From positions 129,711 through 193,710 of the forward strand of contig JAWBWS010000001.1 in NCBI GenBank assembly GCA_038999725.1: a stretch of 64,000 nucleotides of DNA. The letters run 5' to 3'. Of the stretch, positions 48,455 through 57,556 are shown piece after piece. The notes below the pieces were generated by a model, which saw only the letters and a program-made list of their open reading frames with translations, ran no database searches and had not been told where the DNA came from. Every line of letters begins with the position of its first letter. Position 1 is the stretch's first letter. Source of the stretch: Candidatus Aenigmatarchaeota archaeon (GTDB lineage: Archaea; Aenigmatarchaeota; Aenigmatarchaeia; CG10238-14; SCSR01). Position numbers and translations under genes: made by a program.

Positions 48455-48895
48455 ATGCTTTCTCCCCAATTTTTAGAGATAGTAGAAGAAGCAAGGAAAG
48501 AACAACCTATTGTAATAGTTGAAGGAGCAAGAGATGGGCTTGTTTTAAAAATGCTTGGTTTTACAAATGTTATAGAAATTTCAGGGAAACCAATAGAGGA
48601 AATTTTGGAAAAAATTATTTCGAAACCTTCATCAGAGGTAGTAATACTTACCGATTTCGATAAGGAGGGGGAAAGATTAGCTTCAGAGCTCATAACTCTT
48701 CTTTCTCACTATAAAATTAATATAAATCACTTCATAAGAAGGAAATTCAAATCAATTAAAATTCAAAAAATTGAGGAGTTAAACTCTTTCATAAAATTAA
48801 TGGAGGATTATCAAAATGGGAAAATTAGCTCAATCTACTATAAAATATTTAATAGAAGCAGAATTTTCGACAGAAGGAATAGTAGAAAAACCTGA
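48455..48895 (+). CDS. Small stand-alone Toprim-domain protein (small primase-like)
   Basis: IVIVEGARDGLVLKMLGF...VVILTDFDKEGERLA gives the Toprim E...DxD signature. Its 3' end overlaps dnaG by 80 nt in another frame. Confidence 0.45.
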   Translation: MLSPQFLEIVEEARKEQPIVIVEGARDGLVLKMLGFTNVIEISGKPIEEILEKIISKPSSEVVILTDFDKEGERLASELITLLSHYKININHFIRRKFKSIKIQKIEELNSFIKLMEDYQNGKISSIYYKIFNRSRIFDRRNSRKT

Positions 48896-49697
48896 TGTGA
48901 TAGGAGCTATATTTGGTCAAACAGAAGGTTTATTAGGTCAAGATTTGGATCTAAGGGAGCTCCAAAGGACGGGTAGAATTGGAAGAATAGAGGTAGAAAT
49001 TTCAAACGAGAATGGAAAAACATTTGGGAAGATTTTCCTACCATCAAGTCTAGACAGCTCTGAAACTGCTCTCATAGCAGCTTCTTTGGAAACAATAGAA
49101 AGAATAGGGCCTTGTATGGCAACGGTTAAGGTAATTTCTGTTAGGGATGTAAGGGCGATGAAAAGGGAATTCATGTTGAACAGGGCAAAAGATATTCTTG
49201 GAAAATTGATGACAGAAGAAATACCACCAACCTCAACTCTCACAGAAATTATTAGAGAAGAGGTTAAGAAGTCCCAAATAAAGGATTATTTCAATCTTCC
49301 AGCAGGTCCAGATGTTGAAAGTTCTGATGAAATAATCATAGTGGAAGGCAGGGCGGATGTTTTAAATCTTCTTAAAAATGGGATTAAAAATGTGATTGCA
49401 ATAGAGGGTGCAAAGGTACCCCAACCAATAATTGACCTAATGAAAGAAAAAATAACTACATTGTTTGTCGATGGTGATAGAGGAGGGGATTTGATAATCA
49501 AGGAAATTCTACAGGTTGGTGGAGTGGATTATATAGCAAGAGCACCTGAAGGAAAAGAGGTTGAAGAATTAACAAAAAAAGAGATATTTAAAGCTTTAAG
49601 GGAGAAGATACCCACTAGTCAATACAAACTTGAGCTGAAAACAAAAGAATTAAAAGATTTTATTCCAAAGAAGGATTCTCAAGAGAGTTCAGCTTGA
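48816..49697 (+). CDS. dnaG: Archaeal DnaG-type primase-like protein (Toprim; exosome-associated)
   Basis: N-terminal KYLIEAEFSTEGIVEKPDVIGAIFGQTEGLLG. Toprim motifs IIIVEGRADVLNL and FVDGDRGGDLI. C-terminal DYIARAPEGKEVEEL. Confidence 0.75.
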   Translation: MGKLAQSTIKYLIEAEFSTEGIVEKPDVIGAIFGQTEGLLGQDLDLRELQRTGRIGRIEVEISNENGKTFGKIFLPSSLDSSETALIAASLETIERIGPCMATVKVISVRDVRAMKREFMLNRAKDILGKLMTEEIPPTSTLTEIIREEVKKSQIKDYFNLPAGPDVESSDEIIIVEGRADVLNLLKNGIKNVIAIEGAKVPQPIIDLMKEKITTLFVDGDRGGDLIIKEILQVGGVDYIARAPEGKEVEELTKKEIFKALREKIPTSQYKLELKTKELKDFIPKKDSQESSA

Positions 49698-50215
49698 TGA
49701 AGCACTGAATAAACAGGACCAGTTTTCTTTAGTTCACTCTTTATCAATTGAATAGCATCAATAGTAAATTTACCATGGTTTTTATTTTCTTCAAACATCA
49801 ATCTTCTTAGTTCATTCTTGTTTTTTACTTTTTTCACTCTACACAAGGTGATGTGAGGCGGTTTTGAATCACCTTCTATATTCTTATTCACATCTTCAAA
49901 AATTAACTTTAAGTTACCAGTTTTATCAAAAACATCAAGTGCAATCACTCTAATATAACTCTCATTTGGTATTGCTTTCAATTTTCCAATCTCAACTTCA
50001 AATTTCTTGAATTTTTTACTGATGATATTTATTTTTTCAGAGATTTCTTTAATCTGGTTTTCTTCGATTTCTCCAAGGAAAGAGAAACTTAAGTGTAAAT
50101 TTTCCCTTTCAACCATTTTACCTACAATAGGCCATTCTTTCATCTGATTTTGTAATTTTACAATTTCATCTTTTGTATCTTCAGGAAGCAAGTAACCTAT
50201 GAAGCATCTCACCAT
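49679..50215 (-). CDS. RNA 2',3'-cyclic phosphodiesterase / 2'-5' RNA ligase (LigT/ThpR, 2H family)
   Basis: Two H-x-[TS]-x motifs (HLSFSF and HITLCR) in a ~180-aa protein. Confidence 0.6.
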   Translation of the reverse strand: MVRCFIGYLLPEDTKDEIVKLQNQMKEWPIVGKMVERENLHLSFSFLGEIEENQIKEISEKINIISKKFKKFEVEIGKLKAIPNESYIRVIALDVFDKTGNLKLIFEDVNKNIEGDSKPPHITLCRVKKVKNKNELRRLMFEENKNHGKFTIDAIQLIKSELKKTGPVYSVLHQAELS

Positions 50216-50269
50216 ATTCTTTTTAAGGTTAAATAAAGGTTTAAATTTAATGAAGTATATTTTAATTTT

Positions 50270-50533
50270 ATGTCAGAGACAAAAGTTAAAGCAGCTGAGG
50301 TTATAGGTAAGACGATAATAAGTGAAGAAACGGGTAGGAAATTTGGTTTGGTAAACAACATAGATTTTGTTACAGAAAGTGGTGAATTGCTGAATATCAT
50401 AGTCGAACAACCAACAAAACATTTAACCGATCTCAATCCAAAGACTGACGATAAGGGAAGGGTTCTGATTCCATTCAGTGCCGTCAAATCTGTTGGAGAT
50501 TTTGTAATAGTTAGTGAAAGCGAATTAGTTTAG
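50270..50533 (+). CDS. PRC-barrel domain protein
   Basis: GKTIISEETGRKFGLVNNIDFVTESGELLNIIV matches the PRC-barrel pattern. 87 aa. Confidence 0.45.
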   Translation: MSETKVKAAEVIGKTIISEETGRKFGLVNNIDFVTESGELLNIIVEQPTKHLTDLNPKTDDKGRVLIPFSAVKSVGDFVIVSESELV

Positions 50534-50545
50534 TTTGGAAAACTT

Positions 50546-51556
50546 TTAATTCCCCTTCCATTTAAACCATTTTATATCATCTATTCTCCATTTTGGTTTT
50601 ATTATATCATTAAACTCAGGTTTCCATCCTGCTTTATAAGCCAGTAAACCAGTCCAGGCTGTCATAACTCCATTATCTCCACTATATTCAGCAGGTACTA
50701 CAAACATCTTTGCCATTCTTTCTACACACATTTTCTTCATCATATCTTGTAGTCTTTTGTTTGCTGCTACCCCACCAACCAACAAAACCTCATTTTTTTC
50801 TGTATGGGCTAAAGCTCTTTCTGTAACTTCGGTTAACATGGCAAAACAAGTCTCTTGTAGAGAATAAGCAATATCTTCTTTAGCAACACCTCTTTTAAAC
50901 AAATTGATAGCAGCAGTAGCTATCCCACTATAACTTACATCCATCCCCTTAACCACATAAGGTAGCTCAACATATTTTCCATTTTTTGCTAATTTTTCTA
51001 TTTCAGGACCTCCTGGCATTGGTAAATTCATTTCTCTTGCAACAACATCCAAACAATTACCAATTGGTATGTCTTCTGTTTCACCAAAGATTCTGTAGAC
51101 AGAATCAACAAAAGCTATTATTTGGGTGTTACCTCCAGACAAATAAACAAAGATAGGGTCTTCGGCTCTTGTTGTCAGAAGACCAATTTCAAGATGTGAA
51201 AGTTGATGGCAAACAGGAATTAAAGGTTTGTTGTTTTTTCTAGAAAGTTCTCTAGCAAAATTGGCGCCTACCAATAAACAAGGTGGCAAGCCAGCACCAG
51301 CAGTATAAGCTACTATATCTATATCTTCAATCTTCAAGTTAGCTTTTTCAAATGCTTTTTTTAAAACCATTTGAGAAACTTTTTCATGATGCAACTTTGC
51401 TTCATTTGGTACAATACCCTTCCCTAATGATGGCGTGTAAATGCTTTTTTCGTCTGCTAAAATTTCTCCCCTCTCGTTTACAATCCCTATCCCAAATGTA
51501 TGAGCACTCGACTCAATTCCAAGGCAAATTAACCCTTCTTTTGTCATTTCACTCAA
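50546..51556 (-). CDS. kae1: tRNA N6-adenosine threonylcarbamoyltransferase Kae1
   Basis: ICLGIESSAHTFGIGIV. Metal-binding HH region (CHQLSHLE). Reads SGG...GGVAAN. Confidence 0.85.
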   Translation of the reverse strand: MSEMTKEGLICLGIESSAHTFGIGIVNERGEILADEKSIYTPSLGKGIVPNEAKLHHEKVSQMVLKKAFEKANLKIEDIDIVAYTAGAGLPPCLLVGANFARELSRKNNKPLIPVCHQLSHLEIGLLTTRAEDPIFVYLSGGNTQIIAFVDSVYRIFGETEDIPIGNCLDVVAREMNLPMPGGPEIEKLAKNGKYVELPYVVKGMDVSYSGIATAAINLFKRGVAKEDIAYSLQETCFAMLTEVTERALAHTEKNEVLLVGGVAANKRLQDMMKKMCVERMAKMFVVPAEYSGDNGVMTAWTGLLAYKAGWKPEFNDIIKPKWRIDDIKWFKWKGN

Positions 51557-51589
51557 TTATTTAAAATTCTATAAAATTTAAAGAAATCT

Positions 51590-53776
51590 ATGAGGGTTGA
51601 AGAGCTTTCAAAGTATAACATACCTAAATATTTCATACAAAAGTTTAAAGAAGAAAAAATCTTAGAACTCTTCCCACCACAAGAAGAGGTTGTGAAGAAA
51701 AGATTATTTCAAGATAAGAGTTTGGTTATATCTCTTCCAACAGCTGGGGGTAAGACGTTCATAGCAGCTTTAGCTATAATCAACAAACTCTCTTCTTCTA
51801 GAAGCAAAGCGATTTATACAGTTCCACTTATTGCTCTTGCGAATGAAAAGTATGAGTATTTTAAAAAACTTTTTGATGGGAAATGGAAAGTTGCAATTTC
51901 TGTTGGCGATTTAGATTCAAGCGATCCATGGCTTGCTGATTATGATTTAATTGTCTGTACAAATGAAAAACTTGACTCTTTGATAAGACATGGAGCGAGC
52001 TGGATTAGAGAAATTGGATTAATAATTGTTGATGAGATTCACCTTTTAAATGACCCTGAGAGAGGGCCGACTTTAGAAATCTTGTTAACTCAATTGAGAG
52101 AAATCGTACCAAAAGCACAAATCATTGCTTTGTCTGCAACGATAAATAATGCCAAAGAACTTGCTGAATGGTTAGGCGCGCATCTACTCAAAAGTGATTT
52201 TAGACCAATTAAACTTTACGAGGGGGTTTATTACAATTCAAAAATTTTCTTTTATGGTAAGAAGGGGTATGAACTTAGCAATCTGGAGCCAGAGGCGGCT
52301 ATAACAGAAAATGTTTTACAACTAAAAAAACAGGCTCTATTTTTTGTTTCAACAAGAAGAAAGGCAGAAAGTTTAGCGGAGAGTTTGACCAAGATAACTA
52401 GGTTATACTTGAAAAAAGAGGAGGAGAAAAACCTTCACAGCTTGGCTGAAGAAATCTTAAGCGTTTTAGAGGTGCCAACACAACAATGTAAAAAACTTGC
52501 TTCTTGTATTAAAGATGGAGTAGCATTCCATCATGCTGGTTTATTGGGAAAACAAAAAAGGTTAATAGAAGAAAAATTTAGACAAGGATTAATCAAAATA
52601 ATAGTAGCAACCCCAACACTTGCCTTTGGTGTGAATTTACCAGCTTTTCGTGTAATAGTGAGAGATGTAAAAAGATATTATTCGGGTATAGGTGCAGTTT
52701 ACATTCCAGTTCTCGAATACAAACAATTTATAGGCAGGGCAGGAAGACCGGCTTATGATGAATTTGGCGAGTCTGTACTGATAGCAAGAACAGAAGAGGA
52801 GGCTCAGGATTTTGTAGATCATTTTATCATGGGTCAACCAGAAGATATTAAATCTAAACTTTCTCAAGAACCAACTTTGAGGATGCATACTTTAGCTTTA
52901 ATTGCGAGTGATTTTTGTAAATCAGAGCATTCTTTAAAAGAATTTTTCTCAAAAACTTTTTATGCTTATCAATTCGGTGATATTTCATCTGTAGAAGACA
53001 AGATTAGTAATATTTTAGAGCAGCTTATAAGTTGGGGGTTTGTTGTTTCAAAGAAAGGAAAAATTTCTGCTACAAGAATAGGTAAGAGGGTTTCTCAACT
53101 TTACATAGATCCTCTAACTGCTCATCAATTCATAGAAGCTTTAGCAAAAACAAAGGAGAAAAAAATTCATCCTTTTGGGTTGTTACAATTGATTTCAAAC
53201 ACAATTGAGATGAGACCCTTACTTTCCGTGAGGATAGGAGAATTTTCTGAACTTGAAGATATTTTGGCGAAAAGAGAAGAGGAACTTTTACAAGAAATTC
53301 CAGACGAATCTGGAATTGAATTTGACGATTTCTTAAAAAGTCTGAAAACTGCTTTAATGTTTGAAGCTTGGATAAAAGAAGCAACTGAAGATCAAATTTT
53401 AACTGAATTTAGAGTTGCTCCTGGCGAATTTTATGGGAGAAGGGAGATTGCAGATTGGCTTATTTATTCTCTTCAAGAGCTCGCTTTATTGCTTGGCTAC
53501 AAAAATATTTTGAAAGATATAAGAAAGCTTAGGATAAGACTTGAGTATGGTGTAAGTGAAGAGCTAATTCCTTTGGTTAGATTAAGACAAGTGGGGAGAA
53601 TAAGAGCTAGAAAACTGTTTAATTCTGGCATAAGAACTTTAAGGGATTTGAGAAAGGTTCCTCTAGAAAGGCTTTCTTTAATTGTTGGAGCAGGTGTGGC
53701 AAGATTAATCAAAGACCAACTGGAAGGGAAAGAAGAAAGGAAAATTGAAAAACAAACAACTTTGGAGAAATATTGA
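51590..53776 (+). CDS. hel308: Ski2-like DNA helicase Hel308/Hjm
   Basis: Q-motif region PPQEEV. Walker A PTAGGKT. DEIH box. SAT motif. C-terminal winged-helix/HhH domain. Confidence 0.75.
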   Translation: MRVEELSKYNIPKYFIQKFKEEKILELFPPQEEVVKKRLFQDKSLVISLPTAGGKTFIAALAIINKLSSSRSKAIYTVPLIALANEKYEYFKKLFDGKWKVAISVGDLDSSDPWLADYDLIVCTNEKLDSLIRHGASWIREIGLIIVDEIHLLNDPERGPTLEILLTQLREIVPKAQIIALSATINNAKELAEWLGAHLLKSDFRPIKLYEGVYYNSKIFFYGKKGYELSNLEPEAAITENVLQLKKQALFFVSTRRKAESLAESLTKITRLYLKKEEEKNLHSLAEEILSVLEVPTQQCKKLASCIKDGVAFHHAGLLGKQKRLIEEKFRQGLIKIIVATPTLAFGVNLPAFRVIVRDVKRYYSGIGAVYIPVLEYKQFIGRAGRPAYDEFGESVLIARTEEEAQDFVDHFIMGQPEDIKSKLSQEPTLRMHTLALIASDFCKSEHSLKEFFSKTFYAYQFGDISSVEDKISNILEQLISWGFVVSKKGKISATRIGKRVSQLYIDPLTAHQFIEALAKTKEKKIHPFGLLQLISNTIEMRPLLSVRIGEFSELEDILAKREEELLQEIPDESGIEFDDFLKSLKTALMFEAWIKEATEDQILTEFRVAPGEFYGRREIADWLIYSLQELALLLGYKNILKDIRKLRIRLEYGVSEELIPLVRLRQVGRIRARKLFNSGIRTLRDLRKVPLERLSLIVGAGVARLIKDQLEGKEERKIEKQTTLEKY

Positions 53777-53817
53777 GAGCATAAGTTTTTGGTTTTTAAA
53801 ATTTACGTTTATATTAG

Positions 53818-54609
53818 CTAAAACATTTTTGCGAATTTTCCAGTTTTTCTCGAGTGGTCAAATCCAAATTTATAAGTTAAAACACCGATGAGAAGATAAA
53901 GAAAAGAGATGAGGACGGAAGAAAAAATTTCCTGAAAGTATGGTCTTTTTAACAAAAGATTTTTTAATCCCTCAAAAAAATTACCATAAGGCATCATTCT
54001 TGCTAAAACTTGTATATGGTAAGGTAAGATTTCAAGCGGTGATAAGGGGAAAGAAAGAAGAATAAAGAACTGGAGACTTGCCCAACTAATCCAGGCATAA
54101 TCTCTACCAAGGATGAAGTATAGACCTGCAATAAAAATTGCTATCGTTACGGATAAAAATGTTGTTAAAAAAATGAAAGGTATTACTTCTGAAATTATTT
54201 GGGTCAAGTTTAAGAAGAATATATGAGTAATTAGCAACATAAGAGATAAGTTTATAGATGAAAGTAATAGACTAAAAATTATTCTTCCCAACAAATATTC
54301 CCATTTTCCAATTCCTGTAATGAAAATATGATGGATTTCACTATGCCAAGCATCTTCATTGATACTCAAGTTTATTGTTGTTTGAACAACATAAGAGTAA
54401 CTCCAAAAAACATTTATAAACAAAGCAATTTTCCCAGCTTCACTTGCGAACTCTCCAGTCCAAATAGCAAAAAGACCCCAAATTATTATAGAGGTTATTG
54501 GAAAATAGAAGAATTCAAGCCACCTCCACTTAGATTTAATAAAAATCAAATAATCTCTATAAACTAATGATTTTAATCTTGAAATTTTCATTTTCCTAAC
54601 CTTAACCAA
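53818..54609 (-). CDS. ABC-2 type transporter permease
   Basis: 6-TM hydrophobic protein immediately downstream of an ABC ATPase, with overlapping stop/start. Confidence 0.5.
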   Translation of the reverse strand: MVKVRKMKISRLKSLVYRDYLIFIKSKWRWLEFFYFPITSIIIWGLFAIWTGEFASEAGKIALFINVFWSYSYVVQTTINLSINEDAWHSEIHHIFITGIGKWEYLLGRIIFSLLLSSINLSLMLLITHIFFLNLTQIISEVIPFIFLTTFLSVTIAIFIAGLYFILGRDYAWISWASLQFFILLSFPLSPLEILPYHIQVLARMMPYGNFFEGLKNLLLKRPYFQEIFSSVLISFLYLLIGVLTYKFGFDHSRKTGKFAKMF

Positions 54610-55289
54610 TAGTTTTCCAAAGTTTTGTATTTTTTTAAAAGCTCAGATTTTTCTTCAATTTCTAAAATTTTTCCATCTTTTATAAAAGCTATTTTGTTTG
54701 CAAGTCTTTCAACTTCTACCATATCATGACTTGCAAAAAATATAGTGGTTCCACTTCTGTTTAATTTTTGTAGGAGTGTATGAATTTCTCTTTTTGTTTT
54801 TGGATCGAGACCAAAAGTAGGTTCATCTAAAATCAAAACTTCAGGTTCGTTTAACAATGCTTTTGCAAGAGCAATTTTTGACAATTCTCCTGTAGAGAGT
54901 TTCCACATTTCTCTTTCTTTTAAGTAAGAAATTTTTAAAAGGTCTAGAACTTTTTCAATTTTTTGTTGTTCGATACCATAAAGGCCTGCATAACAATTAA
55001 GAAAACTTTTAACCTTAAGATGTGAAGAAGGCTTCTCAACAGGAACATAATTGATGAGTTGAAGAATATCTTTATCTTTAAAAGGGTTTCTTCCAAGAAT
55101 TCTTACCTTCCCTTTATCTGGGATGAGAATTGTCAGGATGATATTAATAAGGGTAGTTTTTCCAGAGCCATTTGGTCCAAGTAGGGCAAAGAACTCACCA
55201 AATCCTACTTCAAGGTTAATGTTTTTAAGCGAGAAAGTTTTCTCTTCTCTAAAAGTTTTATACAAACCTTTCACTTCTATGGCTTCCAT
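54588..55289 (-). CDS. ABC transporter ATP-binding protein
   Basis: Walker A GPNGSGKTT. Signature LSTGELSKIALA. Walker B ILDEPT. H-loop. Confidence 0.8.
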   Translation of the reverse strand: MEAIEVKGLYKTFREEKTFSLKNINLEVGFGEFFALLGPNGSGKTTLINIILTILIPDKGKVRILGRNPFKDKDILQLINYVPVEKPSSHLKVKSFLNCYAGLYGIEQQKIEKVLDLLKISYLKEREMWKLSTGELSKIALAKALLNEPEVLILDEPTFGLDPKTKREIHTLLQKLNRSGTTIFFASHDMVEVERLANKIAFIKDGKILEIEEKSELLKKYKTLENYWLRLGK

Positions 55290-55515
55290 ACTGTTTAATT
55301 ATGAACTGAATAAATTAGAATATTATTGGTAGAAAATTGAATTAACTTTTTTAACTCTTTAAATTCACCAATAGAGACATTGGAGTATTTACTAGAAACA
55401 CTATCAAACATTTGAACATAGAGAAAATCACAACCAAGTTTATCAGTTATTGTAGTAAGATTGTCGAAAATTGGAAAAAAGCGGGTCAAATTTCTTCAAA
55501 AACCAAGAAACACTT

Positions 55516-55971
55516 CTATACTTTAATTATTTTCTTTTCAATAGCATAGAAACAGTATGGATTGTTGTGAAATCTCTTTGTAATTGTATATGACATAGAA
55601 TTACATCCACCTTTACATTTAATCCTGTATTTACAATCTCTGCAATTTGGCCCAATTTTGGTTTCATCAAATTTTCTGTTGTATGCAAAATTGTTTGGAT
55701 TTTCACAAATATCTCTCAGACTCTCATTTCTTACATTCCCTTCTATAAACATGCGATTCCCCATCGATAAACAACCAACAATACCTCCATCACTTGTTAT
55801 TCCTATAGCCGTTATTCCTGCTGCACAACCTTTCCACTCACAACCTGGCAGGATTTTAGAATAATAGCCATAACAATGAGCACCGATAACAGGTAAATCC
55901 TTAAATGGATTTTTAATTCTTTCTTTAGCTATGAATAATGCAGTGGCATAAAATTCTTCTTTTGATAACAT
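55516..55971 (-). CDS. Stand-alone Cys-rich SPASM/twitch-like domain protein with no radical-SAM core
   Basis: GCLSMGN...GNVRNESLRDI...CRDCKYRIKCKGGCNS resembles the C-terminal auxiliary Fe-S domain of radical SAM maturases. There is no CxxxCxxC core. An in-frame stop lies 9 codons upstream of the ATG. Confidence 0.4.
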   Translation of the reverse strand: MLSKEEFYATALFIAKERIKNPFKDLPVIGAHCYGYYSKILPGCEWKGCAAGITAIGITSDGGIVGCLSMGNRMFIEGNVRNESLRDICENPNNFAYNRKFDETKIGPNCRDCKYRIKCKGGCNSMSYTITKRFHNNPYCFYAIEKKIIKV

Positions 55972-56080
55972 TTGTTTTCTTTTGAAATTCCTTGGCTATT
56001 TCTTTAATCTTACATCAATCCTGTAAATATGGTGAATCCTTTGTATACTTCTAGTAAGATAACTTTCTTGTACAATATTG

Positions 56081-56165
56081 TGGGGTTGCTGGGATTTGAA
56101 CCCAGATTGCCAGCGCTCTCTCTATTACCCGAGGCTGGTGTCCTACCAAGTTAGACTACAACCCC
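56081..56165 (-). tRNA. tRNA-Pro (anticodon CGG) with a ~12-nt intron at the canonical 37/38 position
   Basis: Acceptor GGGGUUG/CAACCCC with discriminator A. D-arm GUCU-AACUUGGUA-GGAC. Anticodon stem CCAGC/GCUGG enclosing CUCGGG-[UAAUAGAGAGAG]-C. T-arm CUGGG-UUCAAAU-CCCAG. Confidence 0.7.
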
Positions 56166-56181
56166 TTAATTAGGAATTGGT

Positions 56182-56775
56182 TTATTGTTTTATTTCTAAA
56201 GTTATTTTCACTTTAGTTTGTGGATTCTTCAATTTTTCAATCAAGGTTTGTTTAAGCTCGTTAGCAGATTTTTCAGAGAAAATAGCAACAGTTTTCCCAT
56301 CAACAAAAGAATCTTTTCTTATAACAACTTCTTCTTTGCTTGTAAGCTTAAGGGCAGGCGAACCATAAGCAGAAAAAATTTCTTCTTCACCATCGACCTC
56401 AATTTTTATTTCAACCCTTCTAGCACTTTTGATAGCAGTCTTAAAATCATCACTCAAATCCTTACAAGCCTTATCTGCTTTAACAACAATTGTTGCATCA
56501 TCAACTTCTAGACTCTTTGTTATTCTTATTATAGAGTTGTCAATAGCCTTAATTTCTGGATGACCATAACCAAAAATTTCTTCTTTTATAGGTTTTAATT
56601 CCATCAAAAGTTTCCAACCACTTTCTGTTGGAATGTAAGCCCCACCAGCTGTGTAGTGGATCATTCCTTTACTTTCTAAAATTTCAAGAACATCTTTAAC
56701 CATCTCAGGAGTAATAACTGGTGATGGCTCTGGAGCGATTTCAGGTGGCCCTTGCATTTTTCTCATTTCCTTCAT
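56182..56775 (-). CDS. Conserved hypothetical protein (DUF371-like?)
   Basis: Well-formed 197-aa ORF. 4-nt overlap with trmI upstream. No motifs recognised. Confidence 0.3.
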   Translation of the reverse strand: MKEMRKMQGPPEIAPEPSPVITPEMVKDVLEILESKGMIHYTAGGAYIPTESGWKLLMELKPIKEEIFGYGHPEIKAIDNSIIRITKSLEVDDATIVVKADKACKDLSDDFKTAIKSARRVEIKIEVDGEEEIFSAYGSPALKLTSKEEVVIRKDSFVDGKTVAIFSEKSANELKQTLIEKLKNPQTKVKITLEIKQ

Positions 56776-57530
56776 TTTATTTTCCTCGCAAAAGTTATGA
56801 AGCCTGTATGCATTACTCCCATAGTCTTTGGTCTCGTCGTCCTTTCAGTTTGCCACTCCCTTACTATATTTTCTACAGTCTTAATATAAGAAAAGTTTAA
56901 CTCCCTTATTTTTTTTGTTGCAGCAATCATTTCTTCTACTGTTGGTGAATAAACGGCAAGCCAACCACCAACCTTTAGAGCTTTGTAAGCATGTTTTACA
57001 ATCTTTTCAGGATTTTTTATGTCAACAGTCACAAGATCAACATTTTTCTCAGAAATTCCTTTACTCGCATCTTTGTTTTTAATCCTAATGAATTTGGAGA
57101 GACCAAAAGATTCGACATTTTTCTTTGCTATTTTTACCATTCTCTCATCTTTCTCATAACTCACAATTTTGCCAGGTTTTATATAATTTGCTAAAAAGAT
57201 TGCTAAAAAGCCTGAACCTGTTCCCACATCGACTACAAAGCTTCCTGGTTCAATGCCCGTGAGAGCTAAAATTGAGGCAGCATCTTTTGGCATTATTATT
57301 TGTGGACCTCTTTCAGCCTTTTTCTCTAAGAAATCAATCAGGTTTGGTTTAACTATTCTGAATTCTTTCTTAAGGTGGGTTTCTATTTTATCACCAATTT
57401 TTTTCTTCAAAATTTCATTCAAATCAAAGATTCCGTCTTTTGTTGAAAACCTTCCTTTCCCAACTTCTACTAAATAAGAAGAATTTTTCGACAAAAGCAA
57501 AACCAACTCTCCTTCTTTCAAGAAAATCAC
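56772..57530 (-). CDS. trmI: tRNA (adenine57/58-N1)-methyltransferase TrmI (Gcd14 family)
   Basis: SAM motif VVDVGTGSGFLAIFLA. Family-typical N-terminal beta domain. Confidence 0.7.
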   Translation of the reverse strand: MIFLKEGELVLLLSKNSSYLVEVGKGRFSTKDGIFDLNEILKKKIGDKIETHLKKEFRIVKPNLIDFLEKKAERGPQIIMPKDAASILALTGIEPGSFVVDVGTGSGFLAIFLANYIKPGKIVSYEKDERMVKIAKKNVESFGLSKFIRIKNKDASKGISEKNVDLVTVDIKNPEKIVKHAYKALKVGGWLAVYSPTVEEMIAATKKIRELNFSYIKTVENIVREWQTERTTRPKTMGVMHTGFITFARKIK

Positions 57531-57556
57531 TAATTAATTAATTATGAATTTAAGAT

